A stretch of 49,055 nucleotides of DNA from Armatimonadota bacterium (GTDB lineage Bacteria; Armatimonadota; UBA5829; DTJY01): positions 1 through 49,055 of the forward strand of contig JAPXND010000002.1 of NCBI GenBank assembly GCA_033808695.1. Direction: 5' to 3'. This document shows, in pieces, positions 10,086 through 17,494 of this stretch. The first letter of the stretch is position 1. Each line of letters begins with the position of its first letter. Under the pieces are notes generated by a model, which ran no database searches, had not been told where the DNA came from, and was given only the letters and a program-made list of their open reading frames with translations. A program made the position numbers and the translations under genes.

Positions 10086-12548
10086 CTATGGAATAACACC
10101 AGTGTATGGATTAGGTGGAATTATTAGTTTTGCATCTGGTCTTGGCCAACCACCAGAACCTTCCAACCTAACTTTTATCCATTGAGCTTCCCAGGGACTG
10201 ATAACAGCTTCTTTAGGAATACTCTTTACATATTCACCCATATCATTATTAAGAGTCTTATCCCATCTATAAATGGAAGCAGATATCCAACCTTTTTGAA
10301 CTGCATCCGTCAATGAAAGCCTGGAGCCATTCATTTCAATAAGCATAATATTCCAGCTTACAGCATATGGGAACGGATTGCCAATTAAATTCCACCCTTT
10401 ATGTAAACTAATTGAATATGGGGTATTTGCAACAACAGTGCCATAAGCAGCTGGAACTTCTATTCCATATTCATCATTTACTTTCAGCCAATAACCCAAT
10501 CCAGCAGGAGCGGTAATAGAAGAAGAACCTAACGGCCCCAACACTTCATCATTTGCATATATACTGGGTGGATTAAATGATGCTTCTGGATTTCTTTTTG
10601 CTGTATTTGCACCCAAACCATATACAGCATATTCACCAACATATGAATTAGCATATATCCATCTATATAAGGCACCGGATTTTAAATTTAATACATCCTC
10701 GGGATTATATACCGAACTATACATTGCCGGAATTGAGAATAAATTCCATCCTTTTGTCAGCCACTGCGGTTTGCAATTGAATACAACTTCATCAGTTCCT
10801 ATCGCAGATGAATCTGTTTTTGATGCAGCTTGCGCCTTTAACTTATGTGTGTAATAATCCACGTTGATTCCGGTAACAAAAGCAACTGTAGCAATACCAT
10901 CCTGCTCACTATAATTATTTGTTTTCCAGTCAGCAATCTTTGGCTTTTCACTTGCTGGACCTATTATTAAGATATTATCAAGCCATATTCTTATTGAATC
11001 AACATCAGCATCTTGGAATTGAACAACAAATTCATGGTTAGAAGTAATAACTGTTTGTCCATTAGTTGGTGATATTATTTTAACACCAACTGCCGCTGTA
11101 GTCATTGCTTTATAAAGATTGAGCAACCCATAGCCAGATACTTCATTGGGTATATCAATATCTAATGGAGTAGCAGATTTTTTCAAAATATCTGCAACTT
11201 CATTGTGCTGCGCTCCAATTGATATCAACATTGCAGCTGCTGCAGAAACATGTGGAGTAGCCATAGAGGTACCTGATAACGCTGCATATGCATTACCGTA
11301 TTGATCTTCTAGATAATCTTTAAATACTGATACTTTTATAGTAGGTGGTGTCGGAGGATCATCTGGATCTGGATATTTGTATTCGGTTAAATCAAATGAC
11401 CAATACGTACTTGCTATATCTACACCCGGTGCAACTATATCTAGCTCGGGACCGGTATTAGACCACCATGGAACACTTTTTGACGAATCCGTAGCGCCAA
11501 CTGCTATGCACTCTTCATGTACAGCGGGGAATACAACATTAGATCCATCATTACCTGAAGAAGAAACAAAGACCCCGCCATTTCCTGTAAATTCTTTTAT
11601 TGCTTCATGCATATCTGAATTATATGAATAATATCCCATACTGAAATTTATAACATCAACCTTAAGTTCTTCATTTGTTATAGGTGATTTTAATTTTGCT
11701 TCTGCGCAGAAATTTATGGCGTTAATTATCGATGAAAGGTATGCGTCGCCATATTTATCAGCTACTTTTATTGGCAAAATCCATATTTTTTTATTGGCTA
11801 TACCATTCGGCGCAAGCCCTGCTACGCCCTTATTATTATTAAATGCTGCAGCAATTGTACCTGCGACATGTGTTCCATGAGATGTATATGAAAATCCTGA
11901 GTATTCAACTGGTGATGGATCGTCATCGTAATCGCCAAAATCATATCCTTGACCTATTAATAGATTATCTACCAAATCAGGATGCGGAACTCTCCAAATC
12001 TCATTTGGATCTGAAGGATTTGTATCATTTCTATCTCTAATACCTGTGTCTATTACTGCAACCACCGCTTCTTTTTTAGATGCATTTTTAAAATACTCCC
12101 ATGCCTCTGGAGCATATATTTGATCATCTTGTTGAAGCGGCCATTGATCTGGATAATCTGGATCGTTAGGCTTTACAGCTGTTAAGTGTGCTATGCCATC
12201 AAGCTCTATATTATCAATATTTCTATAAGCAGACATCAAATGTTTTTTATTATTAATAATCTGTTTTGCATTAATATTACTAGGAAGATTAATAATGTAG
12301 GTTGACTCGCCTACTTTTCTGTTATTCCATTTTGCGTTGTATTTCTTTAAAAATGGTTTAAGACTGTTAATTGATTTGCCTGGCTTTAACTTTACCAATA
12401 CGTGTTTGGTTGCATATTCAGCTTGATGCTTATTGATAATAGGTAAGAAGCGCTGCGAGGCAGAAAACCCCGCAGACGCCATTAACATCATAACTGCGCC
12501 AAGCAACATGAACAATTTAACCATTTTGATATATGTTCTTTTTCCCAT
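10086..12548 (-). CDS. Subtilisin-like serine peptidase (S8 family) with I9-like propeptide and a non-catalytic C-terminal extension
   Basis: 820 aa. Signal peptide ...MLMASAGFSA. Propeptide-like KHVLVKLKPGKSINSL. Catalytic triad contexts VAVIDTGI (Asp), SHGTHVAGTIAA (His), SGTSMATPHVSAAAAML (Ser), oxyanion SSSGNDGSN. C-terminal roughly 220 aa are non-protease (KGWNLFSIP...GLGYWLKV...KGWNLIGNPFPYAV...PWEAQWIKV). Confidence 0.92.
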   Translation of the reverse strand: MGKRTYIKMVKLFMLLGAVMMLMASAGFSASQRFLPIINKHQAEYATKHVLVKLKPGKSINSLKPFLKKYNAKWNNRKVGESTYIINLPSNINAKQIINNKKHLMSAYRNIDNIELDGIAHLTAVKPNDPDYPDQWPLQQDDQIYAPEAWEYFKNASKKEAVVAVIDTGIRDRNDTNPSDPNEIWRVPHPDLVDNLLIGQGYDFGDYDDDPSPVEYSGFSYTSHGTHVAGTIAAAFNNNKGVAGLAPNGIANKKIWILPIKVADKYGDAYLSSIINAINFCAEAKLKSPITNEELKVDVINFSMGYYSYNSDMHEAIKEFTGNGGVFVSSSGNDGSNVVFPAVHEECIAVGATDSSKSVPWWSNTGPELDIVAPGVDIASTYWSFDLTEYKYPDPDDPPTPPTIKVSVFKDYLEDQYGNAYAALSGTSMATPHVSAAAAMLISIGAQHNEVADILKKSATPLDIDIPNEVSGYGLLNLYKAMTTAAVGVKIISPTNGQTVITSNHEFVVQFQDADVDSIRIWLDNILIIGPASEKPKIADWKTNNYSEQDGIATVAFVTGINVDYYTHKLKAQAASKTDSSAIGTDEVVFNCKPQWLTKGWNLFSIPAMYSSVYNPEDVLNLKSGALYRWIYANSYVGEYAVYGLGANTAKRNPEASFNPPSIYANDEVLGPLGSSSITAPAGLGYWLKVNDEYGIEVPAAYGTVVANTPYSISLHKGWNLIGNPFPYAVSWNIMLIEMNGSRLSLTDAVQKGWISASIYRWDKTLNNDMGEYVKSIPKEAVISPWEAQWIKVRLEGSGGWPRPDAKLIIPPNPYTGVIP

Positions 12549-12631
12549 GACTTTTCCTTTTCTAATCGCGGGATTGCTTAACCGCTTTTTTTTAATACTA
12601 TACCAGAGTTTAATGTTTAATCATTAGTTAA

Positions 12632-14572
12632 TCATTCTGGTGGTGGTGGTACATCATCTTCAGTATTGAAACTGAATACATTGTTCGGGTCACTGTATAT
12701 GTATCTTGTATTTTTGTCTCCATCTTTTTGTGGGCTTGGACCGCTTGGATATGGTGCATATTTATCTGCATTGTTCTTTGCACCTACTCGCCAATATACA
12801 ACTGGATCTTCAGAGGTTAATTTACCGATAGCTCTCATATTGTCAATCCATGCTTTAATACCATCGGGGTCTGACCCAAATGTATATCCAAATGTTTTGC
12901 TGAATAACATTTCTTGCTGAGGAGTTGCCTGATATATTGATTTTGTCCAAGTTGCATCTCTTCTAAAGTCAGGAAATGGGCACATTTCAAATACATAGTT
13001 ATTGGCGCCAATTGACCCGTACCAACGGAATGTAATATTGTCTAAATTAACGGTTTCATTGGCAACTACATCACCAGGAGCAATCGGGCGAGGTCGTTCA
13101 AGAAACGTTGCATTGCCTACATACGAAGGTGTTGTCATCCAATATGTGTAAGCGCCTGTTGAAGGATTGGCGCGCTGATAAAGACAAGTAATCCAGAATT
13201 TATGAGTTTTCCCAAACACACATCCTTCAATATTAGAGTGAGTAACTGAAACAATCTCTGTGTTCTCACGATTCGGATAATGAGCTATTATGGTTTCCCA
13301 TCCACTACGATCTAAAGGTATAACATGATCAAATGATCCCAACATTCCATTAAATGGCATTGCTGTAAATTCATCTGCTAAAGCAACTGGACCGACACCA
13401 TCAGCTGTTCCGCCATCGACACTTGGGAAAGTTCCTGTATTATCTCTCCATATATGATACTCTATAATATCTTCAGTTCTTACAGATCTCAGGCTATTAA
13501 AGAGAACCAATATGCCGGTATCATCAAAATCTATTCCTGCATCAGGATTAGCGGCTGACACAGCAATAGCATCTCCAACTTTTTCAGATCGTCCACTACT
13601 GCCCTTGAAGAATGAAGAGGCTAATACAAAAGCGCCAACCGAGTAAAGTAAATTTTTACTCTTATTTATTCTTTTTTCGGTGTTTGAAGCTTTATCAACA
13701 TCAAATGTTCCTTTGCTTCCAATCTCAGGAAGTGCGTATATGGCTCTGGTTTGATCGCCGGGTGTTACACCACGCGGAGCGTTTAAAATCCTTGCATTGG
13801 AATCTGTATCGGTAACAGATGTAACGCGAATTTTACCCACTACCTCTTCTACACCATTATCTGCTCGGCGCATAACAATCATTTCCATGCCTTTTTTAAT
13901 ACCTGTCTGTGAGCCCCTATTTAAAAGAACATCATTTGTACCAATTGTACCTATAATGGTAGCTTCAGGTATTATATAAGAAACCATGGATTCTACAACT
14001 TTGCGTGAAGCATCGTTTACCGCTTCATTTATGAGGTCGGAATCGCTCTGTCCTTCATATGATACTCTAGCATGACTTATACCTGTTGATGCTGACCCAT
14101 TTATCCAAGCACCTGATGCAACATCAAGCATTCTTACTGCCAGAGTAACTTCGGCTACTTTTTTCTTCTCATTGATTACAATCGAGGTTATATCGCCAGT
14201 TATTACCGATGATGCACCTATTTCTTGTCCAAGCCTTTGAAGATTAGCTTCATTTAACAAAATATTGGTTGCTGCATCATCTTCTTTTTTGTAACCGAGA
14301 TCAACCATTTTTGATTTCACTGTATTGTCTGCAGTTACACTAAATTTTCCTGTTCTAAACAATTCAACTACAACTGCATCAGTTGCATTTTTTGCATATG
14401 CCGGATCAGGAATTTCACTAGCATTTCTGAAATCTACAACGGCTACTTCAATTGTCCCTGTTTGTGCTGACACAGGTGACTGAAATAGTCCGAGTAGGAG
14501 AGGCCCAAGTAAAACGGCTATACATAGCGCGCTTATCGGCCAATGTGTCGTAAAGCTTTTGAATGATCTCAC
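12632..14572 (-). CDS. Exported multidomain hypothetical protein: LpoB/CsgG-like scaffold module + small beta-barrel (FlgT_C-like) + FN3-like region, PPPPE C-terminus
   Basis: The ORF track gives 12632-14629 (ATG, weak SD). I prefer the in-frame GTG at 14572, preceded by AGGAGGG (14582-14588), giving VRSFKSFTTHWPISALCIAVLLGPLLLGLFQSPVSA/QTG as the signal peptide. Module IEVAVVDFRN...EIGASSVITGDITSI...VRMLDV. Then GTNDVLLNRGSQTGIKKGMEMIV...GKIRVTSV. W/Y-rich FN3-like segments (IEYHIWRDN; ITFRWYGSIGANNYVFEM). Confidence 0.6.
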   Translation of the reverse strand: MRSFKSFTTHWPISALCIAVLLGPLLLGLFQSPVSAQTGTIEVAVVDFRNASEIPDPAYAKNATDAVVVELFRTGKFSVTADNTVKSKMVDLGYKKEDDAATNILLNEANLQRLGQEIGASSVITGDITSIVINEKKKVAEVTLAVRMLDVASGAWINGSASTGISHARVSYEGQSDSDLINEAVNDASRKVVESMVSYIIPEATIIGTIGTNDVLLNRGSQTGIKKGMEMIVMRRADNGVEEVVGKIRVTSVTDTDSNARILNAPRGVTPGDQTRAIYALPEIGSKGTFDVDKASNTEKRINKSKNLLYSVGAFVLASSFFKGSSGRSEKVGDAIAVSAANPDAGIDFDDTGILVLFNSLRSVRTEDIIEYHIWRDNTGTFPSVDGGTADGVGPVALADEFTAMPFNGMLGSFDHVIPLDRSGWETIIAHYPNRENTEIVSVTHSNIEGCVFGKTHKFWITCLYQRANPSTGAYTYWMTTPSYVGNATFLERPRPIAPGDVVANETVNLDNITFRWYGSIGANNYVFEMCPFPDFRRDATWTKSIYQATPQQEMLFSKTFGYTFGSDPDGIKAWIDNMRAIGKLTSEDPVVYWRVGAKNNADKYAPYPSGPSPQKDGDKNTRYIYSDPNNVFSFNTEDDVPPPPE

Positions 14573-14854
14573 AAGAGTATACCCTCCTAAGACGTTTATA
14601 GTGCGGTTTAAATACCGACAAACGAGCATTTGCTCTCTGGGTGCAACCCCAGTGATACTGGAATGTCGGTTTATTCAACATACTATCAATTCTGTGTAAA
14701 TGAAGGCTTTCAATGAAACCATTGCTAAAAGCCAAAAACCTGATACCCCGGCACTTTTATTGTGACGGGCGCAGAACGATGTATTCTTGAATGCTGCCGT
14801 TCGTACCAGCATCCACCCAACCTTTTGTGAGAGGTTAAGGCAATTATATCACAG
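14573..14854 (-). promoter_or_regulatory. Unusually G+C-rich, hairpin-dense spacer between coaE and the exported-protein block (candidate structured 3'UTR / 5' leader RNA, unclassified)
   Basis: Hairpins readable on either strand: 14705-14733 (GGCTTT/CAATG...CATTG/AAAGCC), 14747-14769 (CCCGGCAC...GTGACGGG), 14791-14812 (ATGCTG...CAGCAT), 14819-14836 (AACCT...AGGTT), and 14637-14652 versus 14649-14661, which are overlapping alternatives. Other spacers in the window are strongly A+T-rich. No Rfam family recognised by eye. Confidence 0.3.
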
Positions 14855-15502
14855 CTACTTTGTATGCGCAAGTGAATTTTGCAGCGCACACCATATTCTT
14901 CTTATATATTCGCTATTCACTATGGTAGATTCCTCCGTATCTACCACCCAATCTGCAAATTTTTTTTTCTTTTTTATTGAAATTTGCGATTTTATACGTT
15001 GTAATGCTTCTTTTTCACTAATAGACGCCCTATTTTGTAGACGTTTTATTTGCGTGCTTTGTTTCGCAGATACAACAATTATCTTATCTACCATGTGCAT
15101 AGACGATGTTTCTATCAGCAGAGGAAATTCTATTACAAGTATTCCTTTTCCAAAATTCCTAAAGTTATTAGAAGCTGTTTCTATGCAATTCAGAATATGA
15201 GGATGCATTATAGATTCTAATTTACGAAGCTTTTCGTAATCATTGAATACTATACCCCCAAGCAATTTGCGATTAATATCACCATTAGAATCAACTATTG
15301 AATCACCAAATTCATCTGCTATTGCCTTTTTAACCGCTGTGTTTTCCTGCATATACATATGTGCGATTTCATCAGCGCTAATGACCTCTGCGCCTAATTC
15401 TTTGAACATTGCGCATATTGTGGATTTTCCCGATGCAATTCCTCCAGTTACTCCAACTACAATTGATCTTTTTTTATGTGAAAAACCGGAGCGCACTGAC
15501 AA
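14855..15502 (-). CDS. coaE: Dephospho-CoA kinase
   Basis: P-loop VVGVTGGIASGKST followed by FKELGAEVISADEIAH. The longest ORF (to 15601, TTG) adds about 35 aa with no CoaE counterpart and runs through a terminator-like hairpin. In-frame TTG at 15502 (GGAG 9 nt upstream) or GTG at 15496 gives a typical protein of about 214 aa. Confidence 0.85.
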   Translation of the reverse strand: MSVRSGFSHKKRSIVVGVTGGIASGKSTICAMFKELGAEVISADEIAHMYMQENTAVKKAIADEFGDSIVDSNGDINRKLLGGIVFNDYEKLRKLESIMHPHILNCIETASNNFRNFGKGILVIEFPLLIETSSMHMVDKIIVVSAKQSTQIKRLQNRASISEKEALQRIKSQISIKKKKKFADWVVDTEESTIVNSEYIRRIWCALQNSLAHTK

Positions 15503-15517
15503 ATCAGCACACTCCGG
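15481..15517 (-). terminator. Rho-independent terminator-like hairpin downstream of rpsA, overlapping the probable coaE start
   Basis: Minus strand: CCGGAG-tgtgCTGAtttgTCAGtgcg-CTCCGG followed by TTTTT. It lies about 90 nt after the rpsA stop codon. Confidence 0.5.
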
Positions 15518-15606
15518 TTCTATATTGTTATCTACACATAATGCAATAATCACTGTCAATATCATGTCCATAATTTGATACTTTCGGCTTACTGCAAGCA
15601 AATGGT

Positions 15607-17148
15607 TTAGTTTTCTTCAGAAGCGCTGTTTTCTTCCGCTTTATTTTCCTCTTCATTTTCTACAAGTGGCTGTTCATCTACAGCAGGCGCTTCACTCTCT
15701 TGATTATCTGCATCTGCTGGAGCTTGAATATCATCTGTTTTCAATTCTTCATCAGATTTTATCGGCTCATCTTCTGAAACTGAATCTTGTGATTCATTAT
15801 TATCTATTTTAGAATCTTCACGGTTAGCGTTTGCTTCAATATCCTGCAATTTTTTCTGAGTTTTAGGATCTATTAAATCACCAAGTGTCATTCGTGCTTC
15901 ATCATTTCTTGCAGTTTGATATGAGCTGTACTCTTGACGATCTTTGTCTTCACGCAATTGCCGTATGCTCAGAGTCATTTTTCGTTCTTCTGAACGGATA
16001 TCAATTATTTTAGCTTCAATAGTATCGCCAACATTCAATTGCTTATCTTCAGCGTTTTTATCACCGCGAAATCTTTGTTCAGAATGAGGAATAATTGCTT
16101 CTATTTTCCCATCAAGCTGGATAAAAGCTCCAAATGGAACTATTCGGGTTATTACGCCTTTTACAATATCGCCCACTTTGTATTTTTCTTCAACATCTGA
16201 CCATGGATCTGGTAAAATTTGCCTTAATCCAAGCGAAATGCGTTCGGCATCTAAATTCATTTTTAAAATCATAATCTGAATTTTTTGTCCAACCTTTAAT
16301 ATTTCTGATGGATGTTTTATACGAGTCCAAGACATTTCACTTATGTGCAGCAAACCGTCTATTCCACCCAGATCTATAAATGCCCCATAATCTGTTAGGC
16401 GTCTTACTATACCAGTATGAATACTGCCTTCTTTTATTGATTTTATAGTTTCGTTGCGTAATTTAGTCTGCTCTTCTTCTATAGCCAGCCTATTAGATAG
16501 GATTATTTTTCGTTTTTCTTTGTCTACTTCAAGTATCTTAAGAGGAATAGATTGCCCAATATACCTATCAAGATTTTTTACTTTACCATTGCCAACATGT
16601 GACCCTGGAACAAATCCTCTAATGCCAAGATCTACAACCAATCCGCCCTTTACTCTATCCGATACCATGGCTGTTACGGTTTGATTGTCATTATGGGCTT
16701 GCTGAACACGTTCCCAAGCTTTTTCAAAATCTGCACGTTTTTTAGAAAGTATTATATTGCCCTCTTCATTTTCAGACTGAAGAACAATTACATCGATATT
16801 TTCACCAACTGATACAATATCTTCTGCAGAATCCATTTGTCCAATTGTCAATTCACCTGGTTTTATAATACCTTCTGACTTCATACCTACATCAACGAGG
16901 ACACCATCTTTATCAATATGAACTACAACTCCGCTCACCAAATCGCCTTCATTGAATGTTTTGAGCTCCTTTGTGAAATCATAGTTGTTGTTTGTTTCAT
17001 CTTTTACGGTATCTGTTGTGTCAACAGGTTCGTGTGAACTATTCTGTTCTTTTATAGATTCATCATTTACAGATTTTTCTTGGATATTTACATCTGTATT
17101 CATCTCAACATCCTGAGATTCATTGAGATCTTTAATTTCTTCTGACAT
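15607..17148 (-). CDS. rpsA: 30S ribosomal protein S1 (four S1 domains) with acidic N- and C-terminal extensions
   Basis: 513 aa. Repeated S1/OB motifs (GDLVSGVVVHIDKDGVLVDVG; VTAMVSDRVKGGLVVDLGIRGFVPGSH; IHTGIVRRLTDYGAFIDLGGIDGLLHISE; IVKGVITRIVPFGAFIQL). GGGAGGA SD upstream of the ATG. Confidence 0.93.
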   Translation of the reverse strand: MSEEIKDLNESQDVEMNTDVNIQEKSVNDESIKEQNSSHEPVDTTDTVKDETNNNYDFTKELKTFNEGDLVSGVVVHIDKDGVLVDVGMKSEGIIKPGELTIGQMDSAEDIVSVGENIDVIVLQSENEEGNIILSKKRADFEKAWERVQQAHNDNQTVTAMVSDRVKGGLVVDLGIRGFVPGSHVGNGKVKNLDRYIGQSIPLKILEVDKEKRKIILSNRLAIEEEQTKLRNETIKSIKEGSIHTGIVRRLTDYGAFIDLGGIDGLLHISEMSWTRIKHPSEILKVGQKIQIMILKMNLDAERISLGLRQILPDPWSDVEEKYKVGDIVKGVITRIVPFGAFIQLDGKIEAIIPHSEQRFRGDKNAEDKQLNVGDTIEAKIIDIRSEERKMTLSIRQLREDKDRQEYSSYQTARNDEARMTLGDLIDPKTQKKLQDIEANANREDSKIDNNESQDSVSEDEPIKSDEELKTDDIQAPADADNQESEAPAVDEQPLVENEEENKAEENSASEEN

Positions 17149-17166
17149 TATGGATCCTCCCGACTG

Positions 17167-17239
17167 AGGTTATTAGGAATAACCTTAGTCTAGACAGCAA
17201 TACTGTCTATTGACGTTTATTAGCATACTGTATATGCTA
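17167..17239 (-). promoter_or_regulatory. Three consecutive perfect stem-loops in the rpsA 5' leader (candidate S1 autoregulatory element)
   Basis: Hairpins at 17221-17239 (TAGCATA/TATGCTA, 5-nt loop), 17191-17209 (TAGACAG/CTGTCTA, 5-nt loop) and 17167-17185 (AGGTTATT/AATAACCT, 3-nt loop). The last ends 8-10 nt before the SD. Confidence 0.35.
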
Positions 17240-17494
17240 TTTGGTATAGTTATTGTTGGAATACATTAACCCAACAAATTGTTAATGTGTAGTCTACAAT
17301 TTTATTTTATGATAAATTCATTGTATTATATCATAATAACCATAAATCTACCACAATTATTACAACAAGAGCAAATTTATAATAAATGTTATGATTAACT
17401 TTATGTAATTCCATAAAAATATTATTCAGCATGCTGGTTTTCTATTCTTGGAATTTACAATAAAGATAATCATTGATGAATAAATTTAAGAATA

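Noticed and set aside
12549-12631. Hairpin GCGG-gattgcttaa-CCGC followed by T8, which looks like a terminator.
   Set aside because: The T-run follows the stem only on the plus strand, where there is no upstream gene. On the coding (minus) strand the A-run precedes the stem. The stem is only 4 bp. It does not support termination between the 665-aa gene and the subtilase.
14448-14735. 95-aa minus-strand ORF spanning the GC-rich spacer and the 5' end of gene 12632-14572.
   Set aside because: It is out of frame with, and overlapping, a gene that has a good signal peptide. It has no SD. Its sequence runs through the hairpins that are better explained as RNA structure.
17331-17432. 33-codon minus-strand sORF (MLNNIFMELHKVNHNIYYKFALVVIIVVDLWLL) in the ribF-rpsA spacer. 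It has a hydrophobic tail reminiscent of type I toxins.
   Set aside because: There is no Shine-Dalgarno (upstream is agaaaaccagc). The region is extremely A+T-rich, where such ORFs arise by chance. Its stop overlaps a candidate rpsA -10 element. It is kept only as a low-probability note.
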